Positions 8,542-18,307 of a stretch of DNA of 32,109 bases are shown here, one piece after another (position 1 is the first letter of the stretch; every line of letters begins with the position of its first letter). Below the pieces are notes generated by a model that saw nothing but the letters and a program-made list of their open reading frames with translations, was not told where the DNA came from and ran no database searches. A program made the position numbers and the translations under genes. The DNA comes from an uncultured Methanosarcinales archaeon. GTDB taxonomy: Archaea; Nanobdellota; Nanobdellia; Woesearchaeales; BS150m-G63. The DNA is taken from NCBI GenBank assembly GCA_964630685.1, contig CAZVVW010000003.1, positions 1 to 32,109 on the forward strand, given 5' to 3'.

Positions 8542-9579
8542 TTAAAGTAGTTCCTTTATATTATTTACGAATTTTTCAAAGTCTTTTGTCTTTATACATG
8601 CTCCACAAGCGTGTTCGTGTCCGCCCCCATATCCTTCTACATCTTCTAGTGCTTTTTTAAGTATTTTTGCCACTTTTATATTGGATGCACGTAAACTACA
8701 TTTCATTTCATCAAATCTTTCTCTTGCTATTATTATCAACTTATCAGGATATTTGTAAAGTAATTCGTTACTTAGTTCTGAAGTAAAAGAAGTTTTATTT
8801 GGATCATAAGAATACAAAAGCACTTTACTTTTTGTTGCTTTTACTCCTGAAAGAATCTCTTGATATTCTTTATTTATTTTTTGATATCTTTTGTAAATAT
8901 ATTTTCCTTGAGATGTTGTTTGTTCTAAAATTTCTTCTGGACTTTTTATTCTTGTTAAAATCTTTACGCTGGTTAATGCATCTGAAGTTTTTCCTTTAAG
9001 AAGAAAATTAAATATTTTTGCTAATTCTCCTGTTTTTGTTTCAAAAAGAATTTTTTCTGGTTTTTTGTTATTTTTTTCCAAATATTTTTTAGGAAGTAGT
9101 TGAGGATATTTTTTTGCAAACTTATTTATGTATGGGGGCACAAACCAATCACCTATACATCCAACTGTTGCTATCCATAAATCTTGATCTGCTATTTGAT
9201 ATGCCCAAAAAGTTGTGGGCCTAGAATCTTTATCATCATGAATTCTAGGATTAAAATATTTTACTTTATATCTCTTTACTGGCTCATGATGGTCAAGCCA
9301 AATAACTGGAGTATTTATTTTATTAAGGAAATCTTGACTTACCATTGGTTTGTCTAGTATAAAAATTATGTCAGGAGAATAACTTTTTACATGTTTCACA
9401 TAGGCCTCAGTCATTTCTGGAGCTGTTTTAATTATCACTCCTTTTCCTTCTTTTAGTAATCTGTAAAGTAGTAAAAAAGAAGATAATCCATCTGCATCAT
9501 CGTCAAAGAAAAAAAGGGGCCTTACAGCTGACTCAATTTGTTCTCTTATGTATTCTATATCTTCTTGAGGTATTGCCAT
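8542..9579 (-). CDS. DHH/DHHA1 family phosphoesterase (RecJ/NrnA-like)
   Basis: DDDADG, LD, DHH, GDW, SLR and GGGHEHACG motifs. Confidence 0.88.
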   Translation of the reverse strand: MAIPQEDIEYIREQIESAVRPLFFFDDDADGLSSFLLLYRLLKEGKGVIIKTAPEMTEAYVKHVKSYSPDIIFILDKPMVSQDFLNKINTPVIWLDHHEPVKRYKVKYFNPRIHDDKDSRPTTFWAYQIADQDLWIATVGCIGDWFVPPYINKFAKKYPQLLPKKYLEKNNKKPEKILFETKTGELAKIFNFLLKGKTSDALTSVKILTRIKSPEEILEQTTSQGKYIYKRYQKINKEYQEILSGVKATKSKVLLYSYDPNKTSFTSELSNELLYKYPDKLIIIARERFDEMKCSLRASNIKVAKILKKALEDVEGYGGGHEHACGACIKTKDFEKFVNNIKELL

Positions 9580-9698
9580 ATTAAGTTAATGTTATGTAAA
9601 GATATAAAAGGTTTTAGTTTTTTAATTTTGTTAGAGAAGATAGAAAAATATAAATAATCAGTAGAGTTTGTTTACAAAAAAGATTGGTGGTGATTTTA

Positions 9699-11666
9699 AT
9701 GATGGAATATATAATTGGAGTAATTATAATTGGAGTAATTGGGGTTATTGCACTAATATTTGGATGGAGATTATCTTCCAAAATTAATAAAATTAAATTA
9801 AAACATGAGAGAGTGAAAGAACTTTGCGAAATTATTCATAAGGGTTCTATGACATTTCTAAATAGGGTTTATAGAATCTTAATATTTTTTGTTATTATTG
9901 TGGCTATTATACTCTATTATTTGATAAGTTGGCAGATGGCTCTTACTTTTGTTGTTGGAGCAATATTCTCTGCTGTTGCAGGGAATATAGGAATGCGAGT
10001 TGCTACATCTGCAAATGCGAGAACTGCTAATGCTTGTAAACGTAGTTTGAAAGATGGGTTAATGATTGCTTTTTCAAGTGGTACTGTGATGGGTATGTGC
10101 GTTACAGGACTTGGACTTCTTGGAGTTTTAGGATTATATCTTATTTTTAGAGATCCTAATATTATTTTTGGATTTGGATTTGGTGCTTCTAGCATTGCAT
10201 TATTCGCAAGGGTTGGGGGTGGAATATACACTAAAGCTGCAGATGTTGGTGCTGATTTAGTTGGGAAAGCTGAAGCTGGAATTCCAGAAGATGATCCAAG
10301 AAATCCTGCTGTTATTGCAGACAATGTAGGAGATAATGTAGGTGATGTTGCTGGAATGGGTGCTGATTTATTTGAAAGTTATGTGGATAGTATTATTGCT
10401 GCGATGGTGCTGGGTGTTTTGGTGATTGGTGCTGTCGGCGCCATTATTCCTCTTGGTTTGGCTGCAGTAGGTATTGTGGCTTCTATAATTGGCACTTTTT
10501 TTGTGAATGTTAAAGGAAAAGGAAAACCTAGCAATGCTTTGAATAAAGGAGTGTTTGGAAGTGCAGGAATTATGGCTGTGCTTGGATTCCTTTTTATCTG
10601 GTTTATGGCCGGAGATTTGGGTCTTTTTTATGCTGCTCTAGCTGGATTGATTGCTGGAGTGTTGATTGGATTGTCAACTGAATATTACACTTCAGTAAAT
10701 GGTAAACCTGTGAGAGGTATTGCTGAAGCTGCTAAAACTGGGGCTGCTACTGATATTATCAGTGGGTTAGCTGTTGGAATGAATAGTACTTTGATTCCTG
10801 TTTTATCTGTTTGTGGTGCAATTTTAGTTTCATATCATTTTGGTGGATTGTATGGAATAGCTATTGCTGCAGTAGGTATGTTAAGTACTTTGGGAATTAC
10901 ATTAGCTGCTGACACTTATGGCCCTGTTGCCGATAATGCTGCAGGTATAGCAGAGATGGCTGGGTTAGGAAAAACTGCTAGAAAAAGAGCAGAAGCTCTG
11001 GATGCTGTTGGAAATACAACTGCTGCGATTGGAAAAGGGTTTGCTATTGGTTCTGCTGCATTAACTGCATTAGCTTTATTTGCTAGCTATACTCAAGTTA
11101 CTGGGCTTAGTGTAATTAACATTACTAATCCTGCTGTTATAGTTGGATTATTTATTGGTGGAATGTTGCCTTTCTTGTTTTCTGCTTTAACTATGAGGGC
11201 TGTTGGTGAAGCTGCCCAACATATAGTTACAGAAGTAAGAAGACAATTTAGGGAGATTAAAGGCATTATGAAAGGAAAAGGAAAACCAGATTATATGAGA
11301 TGTGTGGATATCAGTACAAAAGCTGCTTTGAGGCATATGGTGATTCCTAGTTTGATTGCTATAATATCTCCTGTAATTATGGGGCTTTGGTTTGGTGCTG
11401 AAGCACTTGGAGGATTGCTTGCTGGAACTTTAGTGAGTGGATTTTTGTTAGCTGTGTTTATGGCAAATTCTGGGGGTGCTTGGGATAATGCTAAGAAATA
11501 TGTTGAGTCTGGGCATCTTGGTGGTAAGGGAAGTGATGTGCACAAAGCTACTATTGTAGGTGATACTGTAGGCGATCCTTTCAAAGACACTTCTGGCCCA
11601 AGTTTGAATATACTCATTAAATTGATGAGTATTGTTGCTTTGGTATTTGTGCCTTTATTTTTGTAA
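9699..11666 (+). CDS. hppA: Membrane-integral K+-dependent pyrophosphatase, probably Na+-translocating
   Basis: [59 protein letters not shown]; many TM helices; ATG at 9699/9702 after the GGTGGTGA SD. Confidence 0.96.
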   Translation: MMEYIIGVIIIGVIGVIALIFGWRLSSKINKIKLKHERVKELCEIIHKGSMTFLNRVYRILIFFVIIVAIILYYLISWQMALTFVVGAIFSAVAGNIGMRVATSANARTANACKRSLKDGLMIAFSSGTVMGMCVTGLGLLGVLGLYLIFRDPNIIFGFGFGASSIALFARVGGGIYTKAADVGADLVGKAEAGIPEDDPRNPAVIADNVGDNVGDVAGMGADLFESYVDSIIAAMVLGVLVIGAVGAIIPLGLAAVGIVASIIGTFFVNVKGKGKPSNALNKGVFGSAGIMAVLGFLFIWFMAGDLGLFYAALAGLIAGVLIGLSTEYYTSVNGKPVRGIAEAAKTGAATDIISGLAVGMNSTLIPVLSVCGAILVSYHFGGLYGIAIAAVGMLSTLGITLAADTYGPVADNAAGIAEMAGLGKTARKRAEALDAVGNTTAAIGKGFAIGSAALTALALFASYTQVTGLSVINITNPAVIVGLFIGGMLPFLFSALTMRAVGEAAQHIVTEVRRQFREIKGIMKGKGKPDYMRCVDISTKAALRHMVIPSLIAIISPVIMGLWFGAEALGGLLAGTLVSGFLLAVFMANSGGAWDNAKKYVESGHLGGKGSDVHKATIVGDTVGDPFKDTSGPSLNILIKLMSIVALVFVPLFL

Positions 11667-11667
11667 A

Positions 11668-11732
11668 TTTTTCTTTTTTTGTTTTCTTTTGTTCTTTTTT
11701 ATTTTTCTTTTTTCTTTTTATTTGTTTAATTT
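11668..11732 (+). terminator. Long oligo-T tract, probable archaeal intrinsic terminator of hppA
   Basis: Repeated T4-T6 runs immediately after the stop codon. Confidence 0.55.
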
Positions 11733-11758
11733 TGTTACTGTTTAGTAGTTAAATAATA

Positions 11759-11772
11759 GAAAGATTTATAAA
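11759..11772 (+). promoter_or_regulatory. BRE/TATA promoter of the transglycosylase-response regulator pair (likely leaderless mRNA)
   Basis: GAAAGA-TTTATAAA ends about 22 bp before ATG 11795; no SD in between. Confidence 0.6.
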
Positions 11773-11794
11773 GGGTTATTGGCTATTTTCCCCT

Positions 11795-12754
11795 ATGAGG
11801 GGTAATAATCTTATAAAAATAACTAGATATGTTGATGATCATTATGAAGTCAGCTATATAGATAGAAAAAAGCCTAAATCAAACAGATTAAACAAGGCTG
11901 TGATAGGTGGGTTAGCTTTAGTTGTACTTGTAGCAGGAATAAGCACACTCAAAGGGAATAAGTATCAACCTGTTGAAACTAAACCAAGTATTGAAAATAT
12001 ATTTAAACAAGATTATAATTTAAATTTAGTTGAAGAAAAATCTATTAATTCTCTTGAATCTGCTATTGAAAGAAATGTTGATAGGCTTGTGGATAATGCT
12101 TATAATAAAAGAAGTGTTGGAAATGCTTTTTCTGAATTATCTAAATATGATGATTATTTGACTCGAGCCAGTGATGAGACTGGAATAGATAAAAATTTAC
12201 TTTATGCTGTTTTTGCTGCTGAATCCAAAGGAAAATTGAGGGCAAATTCTCGTGTTGGTGCAAAAGGTCCTGCTCAATTGATGAAAGGAACTGCAAAAGA
12301 AATGGGATTAAAGATAGATGATGTTGTTGATGAAAGATATGATCCTGGAAAATCTCTTATTGCGGGTGCTGAATATTTGAATAAATATAATCAATTTAAT
12401 GAAGATTATCTTATGTTAATTGCATATAATTATGGTCCAACTATAACTAATAAAATGGTTAAAAAGTATGGTAAAAGTTGGGACAATCTTAAAGGGCATC
12501 TTCCTACTGAAACCAGAAATTATGTTGTTAAAGTGTTAAGTAGGAAAAGATTATTGGATGAAGGGTTTGGATTCAATAAAAATATTTTATTTTCTGAGGA
12601 GTTAAGAAGTACTTCTAATTATACAATCCGAAAAGGAGATACCATCCATCAAATATCTAGAAAAAAAGGTAAAAGTGTTAAGGAAATAAAAGAAACTAAT
12701 CCACATATAAGAAATTATGATAAAATAAAACCTGGAATGATTTTGAAGGTGTAA
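11795..12754 (+). CDS. Membrane-anchored lytic transglycosylase (SLT/GH23) with C-terminal LysM domain (MltD-like)
   Basis: TM AVIGGLALVVLVAGI; catalytic AES, S..GAKGPAQLM, DERYDP, AYNYG, ETRNYV; LysM YTIRKGDTIHQIS...N...IKPGMILKV. Confidence 0.93.
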   Translation: MRGNNLIKITRYVDDHYEVSYIDRKKPKSNRLNKAVIGGLALVVLVAGISTLKGNKYQPVETKPSIENIFKQDYNLNLVEEKSINSLESAIERNVDRLVDNAYNKRSVGNAFSELSKYDDYLTRASDETGIDKNLLYAVFAAESKGKLRANSRVGAKGPAQLMKGTAKEMGLKIDDVVDERYDPGKSLIAGAEYLNKYNQFNEDYLMLIAYNYGPTITNKMVKKYGKSWDNLKGHLPTETRNYVVKVLSRKRLLDEGFGFNKNILFSEELRSTSNYTIRKGDTIHQISRKKGKSVKEIKETNPHIRNYDKIKPGMILKV

Positions 12755-12755
12755 A

Positions 12756-13115
12756 ATGGATAAAAAAATAATTATTGCAGAAGATGATTTTGGAATGAGA
12801 TGTAGATATTTAGAAGTCATGAAAGAGTTTCCTAATGTTGATGTTGATCAAGTAGGTGATGGTTCTGAATTGGTCAATATGGTTAAAGAAAACAATTATG
12901 ATTTAATAATTACTGATAACAGTATGCCTCACATGAATGGGTCTGAAGCTATTAAAAAAATAAGGGAATTTGATCCTAAAACTCCAATCTATATTATTAG
13001 TGGAGATAATTATTTAGGAATGTTTGTAGAAAAAATTGGTGCTAATGGTTTTATAGATAAAATGTATGGAGATAGTGGGTTAATTAAATTAATTGAAGAC
13101 TGTCTAAAAAAATAG
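12756..13115 (+). CDS. Single-domain response regulator (CheY-like receiver)
   Basis: IIIAEDD, DLIITDNSMP (phospho-Asp), NG, ISG, GANGFIDK. Confidence 0.92.
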   Translation: MDKKIIIAEDDFGMRCRYLEVMKEFPNVDVDQVGDGSELVNMVKENNYDLIITDNSMPHMNGSEAIKKIREFDPKTPIYIISGDNYLGMFVEKIGANGFIDKMYGDSGLIKLIEDCLKK

Positions 13116-13173
13116 TTTTCTCACTGGACATTTGTACGTAAACTTTTTTAATGACTGGTTCTTATTGTATCTT

Positions 13174-14382
13174 ATGAAGTGTTTGATGTGCAAAACTGTG
13201 GGTGTATTTGAAAGATGTTTGTGTGCTAGCTGTGCAAAGAAAGAAATTTTTAACAAAGTTAAAGATTTTAAAAAAGATTTTTTTGGTTCTGTGCCTAGTC
13301 CTTTTATTGGCCATTATAATTATCCCAATGTCAATGTTGGTGTATTAAGTTTACAGGATATTAGGGCAGATGCAAGTAGTTTTGATGCTCCGCGTGAGTG
13401 GGCTGCACTAAGTAAAAAGATTTATGATGTTCTTGATTATAGGTGTGCTTTAGTTAATGCTAGAAAAAAATCCAATGTTCATAAAATTGAAGATGTTGCT
13501 CGGTTAGTTGGAGTTGCTGCAAAACCTGTTGAAATGGAAATTGATTTAAAGAAAAAACCTGGTTTTGGATTAAATTTTAATTCTGAAGCGTCGCCTTATG
13601 GACCTAATGTAGAAGTTGAAAAAGCTAAGATAACTGAAAATGTTAAAATAGCTAGGGCTGTTGAGAAAGTGGGAGATGATTATGATTTGAAAGCAAATGA
13701 TGCTTTGAGTTATCTTTATAAAAAAGGATTTGATGAAAATTTTTTATCAAAAGTTTTGAGTGTTGGATCTGTTGGAGTTGGGAAAAATAGAAAACTCGTA
13801 CCAACAAGGTGGAGCATTACTGCTGTTGATGATTCTATGTCTAAAGGTGTCATTAGTGGGTTGAGAGATTTTAATGAAATAAATTATGATGTTTATTTTG
13901 GGGGTTATTTGGGTAATTACTATCTTGTCTGTTTTTTTCCTGGTGAGTGGAGCTTTGAATTGTTTGAAAGCTATGTAGAAAAAAAGGTTAATCCTTGGTC
14001 TGGGGAAGGGTTGAGATATGCTACTGATTATGAAAACGTCTTTGGAAGAAAAGAATATGCTAAAGAAACTGCTGGAGGATATTATGCTGCAAGGCTTCCT
14101 GTTGCTGAAAAGTTAAAAAGTTTGAAAAGAAAAGGCAGTGTTTTGGTGTTTAGGTTTATCACTGAAGAATACACTGTTCCGCTGGGAGTATGGGTTGTTA
14201 GGGAAGCTGTGAGAAAGGCTTTGGATAATAAACCACTCAATTTTGGAAATAAAATGCTTATGTTAAAATATGCTCAAATTCTTGTTAAGAAAAAATTTGG
14301 TGTTAATATAGAGGATATGGTTGGGAAAAGTGTTTTGTTAAAAGAAATGAAAACTCAAAAAAGATTGATGGCTTTTGTTTGA
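13174..14382 (+). CDS. nreA: Nre family archaeal DNA repair protein (PCNA-interacting)
   Basis: N-terminal Cys cluster, PSPFIGHYNYPNVNVG, RKLVPTRWSITAVD, AGGYYAARL, Y..PLGVWVVRE, C-terminal PIP QKRLMAF; ATG at 13174. Confidence 0.9.
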   Translation: MKCLMCKTVGVFERCLCASCAKKEIFNKVKDFKKDFFGSVPSPFIGHYNYPNVNVGVLSLQDIRADASSFDAPREWAALSKKIYDVLDYRCALVNARKKSNVHKIEDVARLVGVAAKPVEMEIDLKKKPGFGLNFNSEASPYGPNVEVEKAKITENVKIARAVEKVGDDYDLKANDALSYLYKKGFDENFLSKVLSVGSVGVGKNRKLVPTRWSITAVDDSMSKGVISGLRDFNEINYDVYFGGYLGNYYLVCFFPGEWSFELFESYVEKKVNPWSGEGLRYATDYENVFGRKEYAKETAGGYYAARLPVAEKLKSLKRKGSVLVFRFITEEYTVPLGVWVVREAVRKALDNKPLNFGNKMLMLKYAQILVKKKFGVNIEDMVGKSVLLKEMKTQKRLMAFV

Positions 14383-14387
14383 AATTT

Positions 14388-15737
14388 TTATTGTTTATTC
14401 TTATTTAATTTTTTTAAGATGCCTCTTGCGGCTATAACTCCTGTTGCTGCTGCTCCAACAATGTTTCCTGCTACACCTACTCCATCCCCTGCTACAAAGA
14501 AATTATCTATGGATGTTTCTAGGTTTTTGTCTGCCTCTAATTGTGTTGAGAAAAATTTAATTTCTGGACCATAAAGAAGAGTTGAGTCTGAAGCTATTCC
14601 TGGAATTACTTTGTTTAATTTTGTTAGTGCTTCAACAAGATTGAATATAATTCTGCTTGGAAGAGCCATTGCTAGGTCTCCAGGGGTTACATCTTTTAAT
14701 GTCGGAGTTATGTGACTTTTTTCTATTCTTTTCCAATTTGAACGCCTACATTTTTTCAAGTCTTTAAATCTTTGAATTATTGGTTTTCCTCCACCAATAG
14801 TTGTTGCAAGGTGAGCTATTGAGTTTCCATATTTAATTGTGTTATCTACTGGTTCGGTTAAATTTACTGTTGATAGTAATGCAAAATTAGTGTTTCTTGA
14901 TTTTTTATCCTTCATGCAATGACCATTTACGCAGACGAATCCGTCATAGGTTTCTTTTGCTACGAACCCCCCAGGATTTGTACAGAAAGTTCTTACAAAA
15001 TCATCATACTTATCTGTATAAATGAAGAAAGTTGGGTCCCAAATTACTTTAGTTATTTTTTCCATTATTGTAAAGGGCACTTCAACTCTTACTCCCACCT
15101 CTATACTTCTGTATGTGAAAGGGATGTTTAACTTAGATGCTAATTCTGTTGCCCAATGAGCTCCCACCCTTCCTGGTGCAAGAATGATATACTTTGCTTG
15201 TATTTCTCCTTTGGCTGTTTCTATTGATTTGAAATGATTGTTATCTTTAATTATGTTAGTTACTTCTGTTTCTAATAAAAAATCTACCCCTTGTTTTTTT
15301 AGGTGTTTTTGAAATTTTTGGATTATTCCTGGAAGTTTATCAGATCCAATGTGTTTTTGTTTTATTACCAAAAAATCCATATCTGCTTTTTTTGCCTTTG
15401 CAACTATTTCTTTCATTTCTGGTGTGCTTTTAGGATAAAAATCTTTAGATACCCCAAAATCCATAAATATTTTATCAATATAGTCTATTAGGGCTTGTGC
15501 TTTTTCTTTTGAAAGAAATTGATAAAGATTTGTTTTTCCTAATTTAGGAATAAGATTTAACTTTCCATCTGAGAATAATCCTGCACCACCAATTCCACAC
15601 ATAACTTCATTCCGAGGTCTATCTTTAATGGATTTACCTTTATCTACCACCAAAATTTTCAGTTTTTTCTTACTCAGTTCGTATGCTGCGAATAGGCCGG
15701 CCGGACCCCCACCTACAATAATTACATCATACCCCAT
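14388..15737 (-). CDS. FAD/NAD(P)-dependent oxidoreductase (COG2509-like)
   Basis: GGGPAG, GIGGAGLFSDGKL, KHIGSD, GVRVE, RTFCTNPGG, VNGH, AGDG. Confidence 0.88.
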   Translation of the reverse strand: MGYDVIIVGGGPAGLFAAYELSKKKLKILVVDKGKSIKDRPRNEVMCGIGGAGLFSDGKLNLIPKLGKTNLYQFLSKEKAQALIDYIDKIFMDFGVSKDFYPKSTPEMKEIVAKAKKADMDFLVIKQKHIGSDKLPGIIQKFQKHLKKQGVDFLLETEVTNIIKDNNHFKSIETAKGEIQAKYIILAPGRVGAHWATELASKLNIPFTYRSIEVGVRVEVPFTIMEKITKVIWDPTFFIYTDKYDDFVRTFCTNPGGFVAKETYDGFVCVNGHCMKDKKSRNTNFALLSTVNLTEPVDNTIKYGNSIAHLATTIGGGKPIIQRFKDLKKCRRSNWKRIEKSHITPTLKDVTPGDLAMALPSRIIFNLVEALTKLNKVIPGIASDSTLLYGPEIKFFSTQLEADKNLETSIDNFFVAGDGVGVAGNIVGAAATGVIAARGILKKLNKNKQ

Positions 15738-15848
15738 TTTTTAATCCCCCCAAATCTTAAGAATAATTATGTTGTATAGGAGGGGATATAAATATGTTTC
15801 TTTTTTATAAAAGATGCTTTTATTAGATAGAAAACTTGAAAATAAGAG

Positions 15849-15922
15849 GGCGATAACCGGGATTTGAACCCGGGCTAGGAGATCCACAGTCTCCTGTGCT
15901 GCCAGACTACACCATTATCGCC
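15849..15922 (-). tRNA. tRNA-His(GTG) with genomically encoded G-1
   Basis: G-1 + GCGATAA/TTATCGC acceptor, C discriminator, anticodon arm GGAGA-CTGTGGA-TCTCC, T-loop TTCAAAT. Confidence 0.96.
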
Positions 15923-15991
15923 ATATGAGAAGGAAATAAAATAAGGGTATTTAAAGTTTTTGAGTAATTGAGCATAAAAAATAAATTAAAT

Positions 15992-16756
15992 TCAGAAAAA
16001 ACCCAATCTATTCATTAAATTTTGAAAAAATCCTGGGCGAACACCTTCTTCATATCTTTTGCCAGTCAAAGTTGCTGCTAATTTCTTAAATTCGATTGAT
16101 GCTGGGGAATCGGGGAATGCATACACTAATGGGTGATTCATTTTTAATGAATTTTTAACTTGATTGTCTTCAGGTATTGCTGCTATAACATTTTTTCCTA
16201 AAATTAATTCTATATTTTTTATAGAAATTAAGTCTTGGTTGGTTGATTTATTTAGTATTACTCCTTTCACTTCAACATTGTTTTTTTCTGCTAATTTTAT
16301 TGTCTTCAATGCTTCTGTAACAGAAGGCATATCTGCGTTAGTGACAACTAATAGTTCATCTAACATGCTGAATATTGGGGCTACGTCGCTTGTTAATCCT
16401 GCAGCCATGTCTATAACTGTTAAATCTCCCATTTCTTGATCAAATAAAAGGTTGCTTAGTTTTCTTGGATTTAATTCGCCCAATTCATCTAAAGATATTG
16501 ATGCTGGCACTATTTTTAGTCCAGAAGGATGTTGATATGTTGCTTCTGTTAGATTATTTTTTCCATTTAATACGTCGTGAATGGTTATTGGCACTAATGG
16601 TGCTCCCAAATGTATTGCTATGTGAGGTGTTGCTAGGTTTGCATCTAACAAAATAGTGTCGTGTCCAAGATTATTTAGTGCCATTGCTAAGTTAATAGAT
16701 ACAGTGGTTTTTCCCACCCCCCCTTTTCCTGAAGCAATTCCAACGTATTTAGTCAT
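15992..16756 (-). CDS. minD: MinD/ParA family ATPase with C-terminal amphipathic membrane-targeting helix
   Basis: Deviant Walker A SGKGGVGKTT, DAN, IDMAAG, IPED; C-terminus GFFQNLMNRLGFF; alternative start at 16768. Confidence 0.88.
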   Translation of the reverse strand: MTKYVGIASGKGGVGKTTVSINLAMALNNLGHDTILLDANLATPHIAIHLGAPLVPITIHDVLNGKNNLTEATYQHPSGLKIVPASISLDELGELNPRKLSNLLFDQEMGDLTVIDMAAGLTSDVAPIFSMLDELLVVTNADMPSVTEALKTIKLAEKNNVEVKGVILNKSTNQDLISIKNIELILGKNVIAAIPEDNQVKNSLKMNHPLVYAFPDSPASIEFKKLAATLTGKRYEEGVRPGFFQNLMNRLGFF

Positions 16757-17225
16757 CTTCTTTACCATAAATTATTTCATTTACAAGTTCTATAAATCTT
16801 TTTGTTCTTGCATAATATTCATTAATTTCATCTAGATTTATTTCATATCCTTTGCCATCTATACTTGTAATCATTGCGACATGTCTTCGGTATTCTTTAA
16901 TTTTTGTATAATCTTCTGTTTTATTTAATTTTCTTAAAAGTAAAAAAAAGTCTATCATGTCCCTTAATTCTTCACTGAATTCTTCTCCAGTGTATAATCC
17001 CCTAACTAATTCTGCCCTCAATAGCATACTTTTAGGAAACTCTCCTATCTTTCCTTGTTCTACAGCAAACTTGAGTAGTGCTGTTGATCCAAAACCAAAA
17101 GTATTGACCATTCTTTGGAGAATATTTCTTATTACGTCCACTGTTCGAGTATATTTTAGACTAACATAAACAGAGTGATCTATCCTTTTCAATTCTTGTC
17201 TTGCATCATGTAAAGATTCTTTCAT
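16749..17225 (-). CDS. Hypothetical helical protein, possible HEPN-like fold
   Basis: Intact 158-aa ORF overlapping both neighbours; resembles the upstream ORF (DH motif, EYRR, C-terminal EY..RTK.FI). Confidence 0.6.
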   Translation of the reverse strand: MKESLHDARQELKRIDHSVYVSLKYTRTVDVIRNILQRMVNTFGFGSTALLKFAVEQGKIGEFPKSMLLRAELVRGLYTGEEFSEELRDMIDFFLLLRKLNKTEDYTKIKEYRRHVAMITSIDGKGYEINLDEINEYYARTKRFIELVNEIIYGKEDD

Positions 17226-17691
17226 TTTCAGATGTTATTTTTTCTATATCTTGTATAAATGATTTTGTTCTTGAAATATATTCTTTTATTTCTTTCAAAG
17301 ATATGCTCTTCATTCTGTAATTGGAAGAACATATTATAAATTTATCCTTTCTAGAGAATTCTACTGGTGAATTTTTGTGTTCTAATAAAAGATTATGTAA
17401 ATCTTTTATTAAAAAAATATAACTTTGATTTAAATTATGACGTTTTGCACAATTATCTTTTAATATTGAAAATTTTGAAGCGAAATTCTCTGAGAGGGAA
17501 GGAATTCTTTTAAACAATCTTTCATGATAGAGTAAAGAATTCATGCTATTAGTAAGGGAGAGAAAAATATTTCTCATAGCTGATAATAAAAGTTTGGGGT
17601 CTTTGACTAAATTATATGTAACAAAAACCATGTGGTCTGCTATATGTATATTTTTTTTCGATTCTGCTAGATATTCTTGAAACTTCTCCAT
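17206..17691 (-). CDS. Hypothetical helical protein, possible HEPN-like fold
   Basis: Intact 161-aa ORF with TATA-like TTTAAAAA upstream; ADH, EFSR and EYISRTKSFI resemble the adjacent ORF. Confidence 0.6.
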   Translation of the reverse strand: MEKFQEYLAESKKNIHIADHMVFVTYNLVKDPKLLLSAMRNIFLSLTNSMNSLLYHERLFKRIPSLSENFASKFSILKDNCAKRHNLNQSYIFLIKDLHNLLLEHKNSPVEFSRKDKFIICSSNYRMKSISLKEIKEYISRTKSFIQDIEKITSENERIFT

Positions 17692-17749
17692 AGCGATATA
17701 TAGTCTTAGAACTTTTTAAACTTTATGATAAAAAAGCAAAAAATAAGAA

Positions 17750-18088
17750 TTATTCTTGTAAATCTAAAATTGCTTTTGCGATATCTCCTTTTGCTTCTCT
17801 GAGTGCTTTTTCTGCATTTTCCTTTGAAACATTTGTTTGTTGAACCACAGTATCTATATCTTCTTCTGTAATGTCTGGTTCTGTGGATAAGGATATTTCT
17901 TCTGGTTCTCCAACTATCTGATAAGTTTGTTGACCCATCATATTCACTTTACTTACTTGTGGTTGTGAGAAAACTAGTTGTTTATCTTGAGTTTTAATTA
18001 TTACTTCTACTGCATCTATTTCCTGTTGTTGTATACCCATACGCTTCATCATACTCTGCATTTTCCGAGGATTCATTCCAGGCATCAT
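17750..18088 (-). CDS. nac: Archaeal nascent polypeptide-associated complex protein
   Basis: PGMNPRKMQSMMKRMGI, EVII, GQQTYQIVG and UBA-like EDI..V..Q...ALREAKGDIAKAI. Confidence 0.95.
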   Translation of the reverse strand: MMPGMNPRKMQSMMKRMGIQQQEIDAVEVIIKTQDKQLVFSQPQVSKVNMMGQQTYQIVGEPEEISLSTEPDITEEDIDTVVQQTNVSKENAEKALREAKGDIAKAILDLQE

Positions 18089-18089
18089 T

Positions 18090-18269
18090 TTAAGGCAATC
18101 CCAACAATTTAGTTCCTTGTGTATGTAAGATTATCTCTATAATTATTATTACAACTACAAATATAATTATATATCCAGGTTTAAACTCTATCTTACTCCT
18201 ATATTCGTCAAAGTAACGAACTAATCCTCCTTGTGAAGAGGGCATTGATATTTTATCTTGTTTTGACAT
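18090..18269 (-). CDS. secG: Preprotein translocase subunit Sec61beta (59 aa, absent from the ORF track)
   Basis: Manual translation MSKQDKISMPSSQGGLVRYFDEYRSKIEFKPGYIIIFVVVIIIIEIILHTQGTKLLGLP: GLVRYF.E..K..P followed by one TM helix. Confidence 0.92.
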   Translation of the reverse strand: MSKQDKISMPSSQGGLVRYFDEYRSKIEFKPGYIIIFVVVIIIIEIILHTQGTKLLGLP

Positions 18270-18307
18270 TTTTGATTGATTAATATGCGTCTATTTAAAA
18301 AGTTTAG

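Noticed and set aside
8449..15922. Integrated element bounded by tRNA-Gly and tRNA-His
   Set aside because: No integrase or att duplication; the shared sequence is only the conserved T-arm of two complete tRNAs
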